Under the pieces are notes generated by a model, which ran no database searches, was not told where the DNA came from, and saw only the letters and a list, made by a program, of their open reading frames with translations. From the NCBI RefSeq assembly GCF_988243305.1, contig NZ_OZ547136.1: a stretch of 64,000 nt of DNA. The stretch is one strand, 5' to 3'. Within the stretch, counting starts at the first letter, position 1. Every line of letters begins with the position of its first letter. This document shows positions 30,925 through 40,922 of the stretch, one piece after another. Both the position numbers and the translations under genes were made by a program.

Positions 30925-32109
30925 ATGGAACAGACCTGGCGCTGGTACGGCCCAAACGATCCGGTTTCTTTAGCTGATGTCCGCCAGGCGGGCGCAACTG
31001 GCGTGGTTACCGCGCTGCACCATATCCCGAACGGCGAAGTATGGTCCGTAGAAGAGATCCTCAAACGCAAGGCGATCGTTGAAGACGCAGGCCTGGTATG
31101 GTCTGTCGTAGAAAGCGTGCCAATTCACGAAGATATCAAAACCCACACTGGCAACTACGAGCAGTGGATCGCTAACTATCAGCAGACTCTGCGCAACCTG
31201 GCGCAGTGCGGCATTCGCACCGTGTGCTACAACTTCATGCCGGTGCTCGACTGGACCCGTACTGACCTCGAATACGTGCTGCCAGACGGCTCCAAAGCTC
31301 TGCGCTTCGACCAGATCGAATTCGCTGCATTCGAAATGCATATCCTGAAACGTCCAGGCGCGGAAGCGGATTACACCGAAGAAGAAATTGCTCAGGCAGC
31401 TGAACGCTTCGCGACTATGAGCGACGAAGACAAAGCGCGTCTGACCCGTAACATCATTGCCGGTCTGCCGGGCGCGGAAGAAGGGTATACCCTCGACCAG
31501 TTCCGTAAGCACCTGGAGCTGTACAAAGATATCGACAAAGCCAAACTGCGCGAAAACTTCGCTGTCTTCCTGAAAGCGATTATTCCGGTTGCCGAAGAAG
31601 TCGGCGTGCGTATGGCTGTTCACCCGGACGATCCGCCGCGCCCGATCCTCGGCCTGCCGCGCATTGTTTCCACCATTGAAGATATGCAGTGGATGGTTGA
31701 TACCGTAAACAGCATGGCGAACGGTTTCACCATGTGCACCGGTTCCTACGGCGTGCGTGCTGACAACGATCTGGTTGATATGATCAAGCAGTTCGGTCCG
31801 CGTATTTACTTCACCCATCTGCGTTCCACCATGCGTGAAGATAACCCGAAAACCTTCCACGAAGCGGCGCACCTGCACGGCGACGTTGATATGTACGAAG
31901 TGGTGAAAGCGATTGTGGAAGAAGAACACCGTCGTAAAGCGGAAGGCAAAGAAGACCTGATCCCGATGCGTCCGGACCACGGTCACCAGATGCTGGACGA
32001 CCTGAAGAAGAAAACCAACCCAGGTTACTCCGCAATTGGTCGTCTGAAAGGCCTGGCCGAAGTTCGCGGTGTCGAACTGGCGATCCAGCGCGCTTTCTTT
32101 AGCCGTTAA
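30925..32109 (+). CDS. uxuA: mannonate dehydratase
   Basis: ORF 30889..32109; [35 protein letters not shown] from ATG 30925 with agagg RBS; 394 aa. Confidence 0.95.
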   Translation: MEQTWRWYGPNDPVSLADVRQAGATGVVTALHHIPNGEVWSVEEILKRKAIVEDAGLVWSVVESVPIHEDIKTHTGNYEQWIANYQQTLRNLAQCGIRTVCYNFMPVLDWTRTDLEYVLPDGSKALRFDQIEFAAFEMHILKRPGAEADYTEEEIAQAAERFATMSDEDKARLTRNIIAGLPGAEEGYTLDQFRKHLELYKDIDKAKLRENFAVFLKAIIPVAEEVGVRMAVHPDDPPRPILGLPRIVSTIEDMQWMVDTVNSMANGFTMCTGSYGVRADNDLVDMIKQFGPRIYFTHLRSTMREDNPKTFHEAAHLHGDVDMYEVVKAIVEEEHRRKAEGKEDLIPMRPDHGHQMLDDLKKKTNPGYSAIGRLKGLAEVRGVELAIQRAFFSR

Positions 32110-32189
32110 TATCCACCGGCATGGCTGCGCGCCGTGCCGGTTCCTTCTTCCTTGCCGTCACTCTCTGAAGACGGATTCTGGAGTTTACG

Positions 32190-33650
32190 ATGACTACTAT
32201 TGTTGACAGCAATCTGCCGGTTGCCCGCCCGTCATGGGATCATTCTCGTCTGGAATCACGCATTGTGCATCTCGGTTGCGGGGCGTTTCACCGCGCGCAC
32301 CAGGCGCTGTATACCCATCATCTGCTGGAAAGCACCGACAGCGACTGGGGTATCTGCGAAGTTAACCTGATGCCAGGTAACGACCGCGTGCTGATCGAAA
32401 ACCTGAAAAAACAGCAACTGCTGTACACCGTGGCGGAAAAAGGCGCAGAAAGCACCGAGCTGAAAATTATCGGTTCGATGAAAGAAGCGCTGCATCCGGA
32501 AATCGACGGCTGCGAAGGTATTCTCAACGCGATGGCGCGTCCGCAGACGGCGATTGTCTCCCTGACGGTCACAGAGAAAGGTTATTGTGCCGATGCGGCA
32601 AGCGGTCAGTTGGATCTCAATAACCCGCTGATCAAGCACGATCTGGAAAACCCGACTGCGCCGAAGTCCGCGATTGGTTACATCGTCGAAGCCTTGCGTC
32701 TGCGTCGTGAAAAAGGGCTGAAAGCGTTTACGGTGATGTCCTGCGACAACGTGCGTGAAAACGGTCATGTGGCGAAGGTCGCGGTTCTGGGGCTGGCTCA
32801 GGCGCGTGATCCACAGCTGGCGGCATGGATTGAAGAGAACGTCACCTTCCCGTGCACCATGGTTGACCGCATCGTTCCGGCGGCGACGGCAGAAACCTTA
32901 CAGGAAATTGCTGACCAGCTGGGTGTTTACGACCCATGCGCCATTGCCTGCGAACCGTTCCGTCAGTGGGTGATTGAAGATAACTTCGTTAATGGTCGTC
33001 CGGACTGGGATAAAGTGGGCGCACAGTTCGTTGCAGACGTTGTGCCGTTCGAAATGATGAAACTGCGTATGCTGAACGGCAGCCACTCTTTCCTGGCGTA
33101 CCTCGGTTACCTCGGCGGCTATGAAACCATTGCCGACACCATGACTAACCCGGATTATCGCAAAGCGGCCTTCGCCCTGATGATGCAGGAACAAGCGCCA
33201 ACGCTGTCGATGCCGGAAGGTACAGACCTGAACGCCTATGCGACGCTGCTGATCGAGCGTTTCAGTAACCCGTCTCTGCGTCACCGTACCTGGCAGATTG
33301 CGATGGACGGCAGCCAGAAGTTACCGCAGCGTCTGCTGGATCCGGTGCGTCTGCACCTGCAAAACGGCGGTAGCTGGCGTCACCTGGCGCTGGGCGTGGC
33401 TGGCTGGATGCGTTACACCCAGGGCGTGGATGAGCAGGGTAAAGCTATTGACGTGGTCGACCCGATGCTGGCGGAGTTCCAGAAGATCAACGCGCAGTAT
33501 CAGGGCGCAGACCGCGTGAAAGCGCTGCTGGGCCTGAGCGGTATCTTTGCCGATGATCTGCCGCAGAATGCCGACTTTGTTGGCGCGGTGACGGCGGCAT
33601 ATCAGCAGCTGTGCGAACGCGGTGCGCGCGAGTGTGTGGCTGCGCTGTAA
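32190..33650 (+). CDS. uxuB: D-mannonate oxidoreductase (fructuronate reductase)
   Basis: 486-aa ORF; N-terminal Rossmann motif HLGCGAFHRAHQA. Confidence 0.95.
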   Translation: MTTIVDSNLPVARPSWDHSRLESRIVHLGCGAFHRAHQALYTHHLLESTDSDWGICEVNLMPGNDRVLIENLKKQQLLYTVAEKGAESTELKIIGSMKEALHPEIDGCEGILNAMARPQTAIVSLTVTEKGYCADAASGQLDLNNPLIKHDLENPTAPKSAIGYIVEALRLRREKGLKAFTVMSCDNVRENGHVAKVAVLGLAQARDPQLAAWIEENVTFPCTMVDRIVPAATAETLQEIADQLGVYDPCAIACEPFRQWVIEDNFVNGRPDWDKVGAQFVADVVPFEMMKLRMLNGSHSFLAYLGYLGGYETIADTMTNPDYRKAAFALMMQEQAPTLSMPEGTDLNAYATLLIERFSNPSLRHRTWQIAMDGSQKLPQRLLDPVRLHLQNGGSWRHLALGVAGWMRYTQGVDEQGKAIDVVDPMLAEFQKINAQYQGADRVKALLGLSGIFADDLPQNADFVGAVTAAYQQLCERGARECVAAL

Positions 33651-33673
33651 CTAACTGATTACCCTACAGACTT

Positions 33674-33719
33674 ACTGGTCAATCAAACGCATATTTGGTT
33701 GACCAGTTTTCGTTTTTTT
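33674..33719 (+). terminator. uxuB rho-independent terminator (also contains a TGGT-N2-ACCA box)
   Basis: Stem actggtcaa (33674-33682) / ttgaccagt (33699-33707), then tttcgttttttt; tggttgacca at 33696-33705. Confidence 0.6.
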
Positions 33720-33801
33720 GCCCACCTGTACGTGCCAACTTCCAGTGCTAATGGTATAGTTTGAGATTAACGGGTGCCGTAAAATTGCCCGTTGTAGGCC
33801 G

Positions 33802-33838
33802 GATAAGGCATTCACGCCGCATCCGGCAAAATTTGATT
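33802..33838. repeat. REP-like palindromic element
   Basis: tgtaggccggataaggcattcacgccgcatccggcaa. Confidence 0.5.
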
Positions 33839-33863
33839 AACCGCACCTAACGGACACAACACC

Positions 33864-34637
33864 ATGAAATCTGCCACCTCTGCGCAAAGACCTTACCAGG
33901 AAGTCGGGGCGATGATCCGCGATCTGATCATAAAGACGCCGTACAATCCTGGCGAACGGCTGCCGCCGGAGCGTGAAATTGCAGAAATGCTTGATGTCAC
34001 GCGGACGGTGGTACGTGAAGCGCTGATCATGCTGGAGATCAAAGGGCTGGTGGAAGTGCGCCGGGGTGCCGGTATTTATGTTCTTGATAGCTCAGACAGC
34101 CAGAACACAGACAGTCCGGATGCCAACGTCTGCAATGATGCCGGTCCTTTTGAGCTGTTACAGGCGCGTCAGTTACTGGAAAGTAACATCGCGGAATTTG
34201 CCGCCCTGCAGGCTACCCGCGAAGATATCGTCAAAATGCGTCAGGCATTGCAACTGGAAGAGCGTGAGCTTGCTTCCAGCGCGCCGGGCAGCAGCGAAAG
34301 TGGTGACATGCAGTTCCATCTCGCCATTGCCGAAGCGACGCATAACAGCATGCTGGTGGAGCTATTCCGTCAGTCCTGGCAGTGGCGGGAAAACAATCCG
34401 ATGTGGATCCAGTTGCACAGCCATCTGGATGACAGCCTGTATCGCAAAGAGTGGTTGGGCGATCACAAACAGATCCTCGCCGCGTTAATCAAAAAAGATG
34501 CCCGTGCGGCGAAGCTGGCAATGTGGCAGCATCTGGAAAACGTTAAGCAACGTCTGCTGGAATTCTCGAACGTTGACGATATTTATTTTGACGGCTATCT
34601 GTTTGATTCATGGCCGTTGGATAAAGTCGACGCCTGA
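33864..34637 (+). CDS. uxuR: GntR-family transcriptional repressor UxuR
   Basis: 257-aa ORF; N-terminal winged-HTH (EREIAEMLDVTRTVVREAL) and FCD domain. Confidence 0.95.
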   Translation: MKSATSAQRPYQEVGAMIRDLIIKTPYNPGERLPPEREIAEMLDVTRTVVREALIMLEIKGLVEVRRGAGIYVLDSSDSQNTDSPDANVCNDAGPFELLQARQLLESNIAEFAALQATREDIVKMRQALQLEERELASSAPGSSESGDMQFHLAIAEATHNSMLVELFRQSWQWRENNPMWIQLHSHLDDSLYRKEWLGDHKQILAALIKKDARAAKLAMWQHLENVKQRLLEFSNVDDIYFDGYLFDSWPLDKVDA

Positions 34638-34777
34638 CTGATTATGATAAGCGCAAGGGTAAACGTTCCTTGCGCTTTCTTAAATTAAGAAGTCGCAATG
34701 AGTATTACTTTGTAAATTGCAGGGTATTGTTTAAATATCTGTATAACCTGAATGTTAGTACTCATTCTTCTCAGTAG

Positions 34778-35608
34778 TCATTTACCAATATAATTCCATT
34801 CACCATTTTTTAATTCAAACAGTTCTGGAAGAGATGACGGTTGCAGAGTCATGCGTTTGAGTGGCGCATCTTCATCACCGGGGATAACTTTATATCCCAT
34901 TTTTGCATGGATCTCCGCGGTACCTGGATAGGCTTCTATACCAATTATTGGGTCATTTCCCATTCCAATATTAGCATTAAGTAATGCGGCAAGGGCGAAT
35001 CCGGAAGAATTTGCTACCCCGGTTACCGTCATTATCTGATCAATATAGATATCAATTCTTGGCTGCTCATTGGTCCATCTTTTTGCCTGAGAAGCTGGAA
35101 GGGTTGAAATATATCCTATCGTGGTTCCGGCATAACCAGGAACATTGCAACCAGGGCCTAATGTTATTTCATGAACTGTATAGTCCTCAACAGGATCGAA
35201 AGGGCTCTTCATAAATAAATTTAGCCGTAAACCTTCTGCTAACTCTGTGGCAGCATGCGCCTTTTTACATATACCACCATATATTTCGTCTAAAGCTGAG
35301 GTGATTTTCAAGTTTCGATAGAGCATACGCCCTGTTGTTGTAATACCATTGAATTCGCTGCATGTTTCTGTTACATAATTAAATGGCCAGGACTGTTTGC
35401 CAATATTAAGTTTTCTAATTTCGACAACGCTTTTTCCATCGTAATTATGGTTATTGCCACGAGTAAGAGGCAGAAGATAGATATTTTCCGTATCCATGCG
35501 TGCATATTCATATCGACGTGTTAACTCATTGTCGACTTTTGGGTGATGAAGGAAGTGATTATTTGTATTGAATTGGTTATTAGCGGCATTGCTTAATGGC
35601 ATAGACAT
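34778..35608 (-). CDS. yjiC: uncharacterised protein YjiC
   Basis: 276-aa ORF in the K-12 yjiC position between uxuR and iraD. Confidence 0.7.
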   Translation of the reverse strand: MSMPLSNAANNQFNTNNHFLHHPKVDNELTRRYEYARMDTENIYLLPLTRGNNHNYDGKSVVEIRKLNIGKQSWPFNYVTETCSEFNGITTTGRMLYRNLKITSALDEIYGGICKKAHAATELAEGLRLNLFMKSPFDPVEDYTVHEITLGPGCNVPGYAGTTIGYISTLPASQAKRWTNEQPRIDIYIDQIMTVTGVANSSGFALAALLNANIGMGNDPIIGIEAYPGTAEIHAKMGYKVIPGDEDAPLKRMTLQPSSLPELFELKNGEWNYIGK

Positions 35609-36280
35609 AATAGTTACCTTTTATGAGTATTTCAATGATGTTTAGAAAAATAGATAAATTTTTCTGTAGTAAAAAGAGAAGTAAACAAATGACATGCATG
35701 TTTCTGTTGTAGTGATATCAACTCTACACGGTGATATTAAAGGGTGGGAAACACTATAAAGTATCAAAAAACGCTCATTTAAAATTATTTGCATGCAATT
35801 TAAAAGCATATCTTATTACTAATTGGAATTTGATGTTGCTATATTGATGTCTATATTAATAATGCCTGTGAATGGTATTTTTGATGTATTTGATATGTTA
35901 TCAATTTATATTATTTACAAACTAATTGTTTCAAATAATACATGGCTGATTATGCGAAGATAAATAATTGCTTTCCGGGATTATGTAGCGACGGTGACAA
36001 GTATTTTCATCTACGTAACTATTCGGAATATTCAGAATATACTAGCAGTTTTTTTTTGAGTTTGATGATTTTTATCAAATCATGACTTTTTTCCTGAAAA
36101 GTCAGTAGATATTCATAGGCAAGTAAGGTTTTATACTTTGCTGACAGGATTCAGGCCTGTCTCAGACTGACATGGATGTAATGAACAAAAGGGAATGGCT
36201 ATGGAAAATGAGCATCAATACAGTGGTGCCCGGTGTTCAGGGCAAGCCGCATATGTTGCTAAACGTCAGGAGTGCGCAAA

Positions 36281-36673
36281 ATGATGCGCCAATCACTTCA
36301 GGCTGTTTTACCTGAAATTTCAGGCAATAAAACGTCATCGCTGCGTAAATCGGTATGCAGCGATCTCCTCACTCTTTTTAATTCTCCTCATTCGGCATTA
36401 CCGTCATTACTTGTTTCAGGCATGCCCGAGTGGCAAGTGCATAACCAGAGCGACAAACATCTTCAGAGCTGGTATTGCCGTCAGCTGCGTTCTGCACTGT
36501 TATTTCATGAGCCACGGATTGCGGCGTTGCAGGTCAATTTGAAAGAAGCGTACAGCCACACGCTGGCGATCAGCCTTGAGATAATGCTGTACCACGACGA
36601 TGAACCGCTAACGTTTGATCTGGTCTGGGATAATGGCGGTTGGCGTAGTGCGACGCTGGAGAATGTCAGCTAA
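36281..36673 (+). CDS. iraD: anti-adaptor protein IraD (inhibits RssB-mediated RpoS degradation)
   Basis: ORF 36272..36673; [24 protein letters not shown] from ATG 36281 with caggag RBS. Confidence 0.85.
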   Translation: MMRQSLQAVLPEISGNKTSSLRKSVCSDLLTLFNSPHSALPSLLVSGMPEWQVHNQSDKHLQSWYCRQLRSALLFHEPRIAALQVNLKEAYSHTLAISLEIMLYHDDEPLTFDLVWDNGGWRSATLENVS

Positions 36674-37577
36674 GCACAATCTCCAGCTCGCGCAGTTCAC
36701 GCCAGAAGCGTTCGGCAACGGGATTCATACGGGTGTTCATCCGGTATGCGTAGGCCTGAATCGGGATCACCAGTTCGTCCCGATTAAGCACAACGAGCTG
36801 CCCGCTGCGAATTTCTTGTTGGATGGCGTACTCCGGCAGCCAGGCAATCCCACAGCCGTCGAGGGCAACCTGCTTTAATAGCTCGCTCATCGAAGAGACA
36901 AAAAAGGTGCTGAAACTTAACTCGCTGTGGCGCGTCAGGGTGCGATTAATCAATCGCCCCATGTAGGAGTTGCGGCTGTAATTCAGTAACGGAAAGTGTG
37001 GCTGCGCGAGGTTAAACAGTGCTTCTCCGTGTTCGTCACTGGCGCAGACGGGGAATAATTGAGATTCAAATAAGCGAATGTGGTCAAACGGCGCTTCCAG
37101 CAAATCTTCGTCGTGAAAGGAAAAAATACAGTCACTTTGCCCTTCACGCAGTTTATCGACCGCTTCATCGACATCAATGGCTTCAATCGCCCAGGTAAAG
37201 AACGGCGGCATCTGGCTGATAATGGACGGTAACAGGCCGAGGGAAAGAGAGTGTGCAGCGGCTATCTTGATTTTACGTTGCGCGTAATCGCTGCCGCCAC
37301 GCAGCTCTGCCAGGTTGCTTTCTAACTGTTGCAACAGATGGCGGATCTGCGAATGGAAGATTTTCCCTTGTTCCGAGAGTTGCAGCGGCGTCACCTGGCG
37401 GTTAAACAATTCAACGCCAATCGCCTGTTCCAGTGCACGGATGCGGCGGCTGAATGCCGGTTGTGAGACGTTGCGACTGACTGCTGCCTGGGAAAAGTTG
37501 CGGCATTTTTCCAGGGTCAGAAAATCATAAAGCCATTTTGTTTCAATATTATGCAAAACCGCACCACAGTCATCCAT
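36666..37577 (-). CDS. hypT: LysR-family regulator HypT (YjiE)
   Basis: 303-aa ORF with N-terminal LysR HTH ([32 protein letters not shown]); 3' end overlaps iraD by 8 bp (convergent). Confidence 0.85.
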   Translation of the reverse strand: MDDCGAVLHNIETKWLYDFLTLEKCRNFSQAAVSRNVSQPAFSRRIRALEQAIGVELFNRQVTPLQLSEQGKIFHSQIRHLLQQLESNLAELRGGSDYAQRKIKIAAAHSLSLGLLPSIISQMPPFFTWAIEAIDVDEAVDKLREGQSDCIFSFHDEDLLEAPFDHIRLFESQLFPVCASDEHGEALFNLAQPHFPLLNYSRNSYMGRLINRTLTRHSELSFSTFFVSSMSELLKQVALDGCGIAWLPEYAIQQEIRSGQLVVLNRDELVIPIQAYAYRMNTRMNPVAERFWRELRELEIVLS

Positions 37578-37641
37578 TACGTTTTACTCTGTCAGCCGCC
37601 CTTGCGGGCATTCTACGTCCATTCGGGCGGCTGACAACCGT

Positions 37642-38814
37642 TTAAGCCATTTCAAACGTTCCTTTCACGCAGGCTTTGCCGTCTTTGACCATCAGTTTGC
37701 CGCGAGCGTATACCTGCTCAATGCGCAATTCTGGCGTCATGACCAGTAAGTCTGCGTCATTGCCTGGCAGAATTTCGCCTTTCCCGCTCAGGTTAAGGAA
37801 ACCGGCTACGCTACTGGTGAGCGGGCGCAGGGCATCGCTGATACTGAAATCATAGTCTTTGACCAGCACCTGCACGGTTTCCAGCAACGTTTCAAAACCT
37901 GCAACACCGATATGGGTTAAATTCCCTTCGTCATCGAAGAACGGCTGGCTACCGTTGCCGTCGGAGCTGAGGGTGACGCGTGCCAGCGGAATACCGGCCT
38001 GAACGGCGCGGGCAATACCTTCGGCAGGGGCAACCGGTTCGTCAATGCTGCTGGTGATGTCGATAGTGCCGCCTTTGCGCGCGAACTCCAGCGCCTGCTC
38101 AAACAACGGTACGTTGCGGTTAACGTGGGTCGGCAGCAGCTTGCTGATCGGCACATCGCAGTTTTCCAGCAGGTCATAGACAGGCTGTAACGCCTTTTTA
38201 CTGTCGCCCATGTGGAACACGGTGACGCCAGGTTTACCGCCGAGCAAACCGCCAACGCGGGATTCTGCCGCCATATTAGCCAGGTGATAAACGTCCGGTG
38301 CGGCAGAACGGTGATCAGAGATGGCGCATTTCACGCCAATCACACGATCGATAATCGCCACGTCTTTTTCCACGGAACCCGTAATAGTGCGGGAAGGGAC
38401 ATGATAAGCGCCGGTCAGCATCCAGGCGCTGATGCCTTCTTCATTGAGCGCACGGGTCTTGGCGAGCAGGGATTCCGGGTGACGAGAGATAGAGTCAGTG
38501 CCGAGCAGACCAACCACTGACGTGACGCCCGCTTCCGTCAGACGACTTAACGCCACTTCCGGCGTGCGCGTCGTGGGACCTGCTTCACCGCCACCGCCAA
38601 TTAAATGAACGTGTTGATCAATAAAACCTGGGCAGAGGATCTGCCCGCTGAGATCGACAACCGTGCAGTCCGGTACAATATCAGAAGGGATATTACTGGC
38701 AACGGCGATAATTTTGCCGTTAGCGACGAGGACATCGCAAACTCCCCGATCTTCCGGCGCATACAAATGCGCTCCCTGCAGCAGGGTAAAACCGGCTGCG
38801 GTATAATCAATCAT
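37642..38814 (-). CDS. iadA: isoaspartyl dipeptidase
   Basis: 390-aa ORF; amidohydrolase metal-binding motif FIDQHVHLIGGGGE. Confidence 0.9.
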   Translation of the reverse strand: MIDYTAAGFTLLQGAHLYAPEDRGVCDVLVANGKIIAVASNIPSDIVPDCTVVDLSGQILCPGFIDQHVHLIGGGGEAGPTTRTPEVALSRLTEAGVTSVVGLLGTDSISRHPESLLAKTRALNEEGISAWMLTGAYHVPSRTITGSVEKDVAIIDRVIGVKCAISDHRSAAPDVYHLANMAAESRVGGLLGGKPGVTVFHMGDSKKALQPVYDLLENCDVPISKLLPTHVNRNVPLFEQALEFARKGGTIDITSSIDEPVAPAEGIARAVQAGIPLARVTLSSDGNGSQPFFDDEGNLTHIGVAGFETLLETVQVLVKDYDFSISDALRPLTSSVAGFLNLSGKGEILPGNDADLLVMTPELRIEQVYARGKLMVKDGKACVKGTFEMA

Positions 38815-38826
38815 GGTAACTCCTTG

Positions 38827-39288
38827 TTAAACAATAAGCTGCATAACCCAGATCGACAGCAATGCGTTAATCACGCAGACCGTAATGATATGCGGGTAAT
38901 ATTTGGCATTCACTTCGGCTGTCCCCAGGCAGCGACCGACATTTTGCACCGGGTTGCCCATTAAATACATCGCGGGCAGTAAAACGGTGACATCGTGACC
39001 GGTTAATGCGCCAGCGGTTGCCAGACTGGCGGCAACACCGACTGCGCCACCCATACTCATTAATGCGGCTAAAAGGACGGTTGCCGCTTCACCTGGCAAT
39101 CCCCACAGCGCCATTACCGGTTCACAGATATGCCCCACCCAGTCGAGCAGGCCGGTAATTTTCAGCGCCTGAATGATGACAAACGCCATCACCACGTTTG
39201 GTAGCAGGTTGGTGGTGGCGATAGTAAAGCCACGGCGCGCGCCATCGATAAACATATCCATGACGTTTTTGCGGACCTGAGTTGTCAT
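38827..39288 (-). CDS. yjiG: inner membrane protein YjiG (SpmB-like)
   Basis: 153-aa hydrophobic ORF overlapping yjiH by 4 bp. Confidence 0.8.
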   Translation of the reverse strand: MTTQVRKNVMDMFIDGARRGFTIATTNLLPNVVMAFVIIQALKITGLLDWVGHICEPVMALWGLPGEAATVLLAALMSMGGAVGVAASLATAGALTGHDVTVLLPAMYLMGNPVQNVGRCLGTAEVNAKYYPHIITVCVINALLSIWVMQLIV

Positions 39289-39968
39289 GCTTGCGCTCCT
39301 TGCGTTGGGTTGCGACGTTCTTCGAAGTTAAGCCAGACGCGCAAAATGTTGGCTCCGACAAATTTAAACACCAGGATGACTGCTAAAGGTACGATTACGG
39401 ACGTGCCCAGAAAGGCAAACACCGCGACGCCGGAAGAGAAGTAGTTGGTGATGATGGCGCTACCACTGGTTTGATATGCGGCGAAAATCACTTTATCGCG
39501 TTCGGTAATTTCACCTTCCTGCGCCAGCTCTTTGGTCATACCGGCGGCGGCATCAGTGTTTTGCAGGTTAGCGATCAGCGCCAGCGAGCAGATCCCTGGA
39601 ATACCCAACAACGGTTTTAGCACAGGTGTCATTAACTGCTGCGCGGCGCGTAATCCACCAAGACCATCGGTAATTGAAATAATCCCCAGAGAGAGAATGA
39701 CTGACGGTGCCAGCTCCAGCGCAAAGAGAAAGCCATCTTTAGCCCCCGCGCCACCCGCGCCGCGAAACGAGGTGGTGGCTCCGTTCGCACCAGGCAGTTG
39801 CCCAAACGATCCGTTCAGCACGGAAAAATCAAAAACGCGCCACCAACTGTCTGTCCCGGAAAAAACACCGGAAAAAAAGATTATGGTGAGAAAAAAAGCC
39901 AGATACCCTTTAATGCCCACTTTTTCTGTCGCCAGCTCCCCGGCTACAGCATCCCCTTGTTGTGTCAT
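39285..39968 (-). CDS. yjiH: inner membrane protein YjiH (SpmA-like nucleoside-recognition domain)
   Basis: ORF 39285..39980; ATG at 39968 has a gggga RBS, the 39980 start has none. Confidence 0.8.
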   Translation of the reverse strand: MTQQGDAVAGELATEKVGIKGYLAFFLTIIFFSGVFSGTDSWWRVFDFSVLNGSFGQLPGANGATTSFRGAGGAGAKDGFLFALELAPSVILSLGIISITDGLGGLRAAQQLMTPVLKPLLGIPGICSLALIANLQNTDAAAGMTKELAQEGEITERDKVIFAAYQTSGSAIITNYFSSGVAVFAFLGTSVIVPLAVILVFKFVGANILRVWLNFEERRNPTQGAQA

Positions 39969-40217
39969 AACAATCCCCATTGTTTTTTTGTGTTTGTGTG
40001 TTGCTTGAGCCAGGAAAATTCCTGGAGCTGAAAAACCTTATCAGCCATGTGGGTATGGGGAAAATGCAAGTATGTTTCTGGCTATGCGTTTTTTGCATAG
40101 CGGAAAAATTACGCTGTGGGGAAAAGGTTCTGCGCAGGATTGAGTTGCAGTAAATTCATAAACCCAGTGACAATGACATCAGTAAATTAAAGCAGAAAAT
40201 CCAGGGACGAAAACGAG

Positions 40218-40802
40218 ATGGCAAAGTACAACGAAAAAGAGCTGGCGGATACGAGCAAGTTTTTAAGTTTTGTCCTCCGACACAAACCGGAGGCGATTGG
40301 TATCGTACTGGACCGTGAAGGATGGGCGGATATCGATAAGCTCATACTTTGTGCCCAAAAATCGGGCAAGCGGTTAACCCGTGCATTGCTGGATACCGTT
40401 GTCGCCACCAGCGATAAAAAGCGTTTTAGTTATTCCAGTGATGGTAGGTGCATTCGCGCGGTTCAGGGGCATTCGACTTCGCAGGTCGCCATTTCCTTTG
40501 CCGAAAAAACACCGCCACAGTTTCTTTACCACGGTACGGCAAGCCGTTTCCTTGACGAGATAAAAAAACAGGGGCTGATTGCAGGGGTGCGTCACTACGT
40601 ACATCTCTCTGCTGATGAAGCAACGGCACGCAAAGTGGGAGCAAGACACGGATCGCCGGTTATTTTAACCGTCAAAGCACAGGAAATGGCGAAACGAGGC
40701 CTCCCTTTCTGGCAAGCGGAAAACGGGGTCTGGCTGACATCAACGGTTGCTGTTGAGTTTCTTGAGTGGCCGTTCATGCCGGCTGGGGTACAAAAACAAT
40801 AA
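40218..40802 (+). CDS. kptA: RNA 2'-phosphotransferase (Tpt1/KptA family)
   Basis: 194-aa [42 protein letters not shown]...; Tpt1 motifs HGT and RHYVHLS. Confidence 0.9.
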   Translation: MAKYNEKELADTSKFLSFVLRHKPEAIGIVLDREGWADIDKLILCAQKSGKRLTRALLDTVVATSDKKRFSYSSDGRCIRAVQGHSTSQVAISFAEKTPPQFLYHGTASRFLDEIKKQGLIAGVRHYVHLSADEATARKVGARHGSPVILTVKAQEMAKRGLPFWQAENGVWLTSTVAVEFLEWPFMPAGVQKQ

Positions 40803-40827
40803 ATTCAATATATTGCAGGGGTTATAT

Positions 40828-40856
40828 AGGCCTGATAAGCGCAGCGCATCAGGTAA
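40828..40856. repeat. REP-like element
   Basis: aggcctgataagcgcagcgcatcaggta, followed by hairpin aaggataccc...gggtatcctt at about 40880-40910. Confidence 0.45.
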
Positions 40857-40922
40857 TGTAGCGTTTGTTATCAGTCGGAAAGGATACCCTCGCACAAGGG
40901 TATCCTTAATAACCTACTAAAA

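Noticed and set aside
30970-31986. 338-aa minus-strand ORF inside uxuA
   Set aside because: Antisense to a well-recognised conserved gene; no start context
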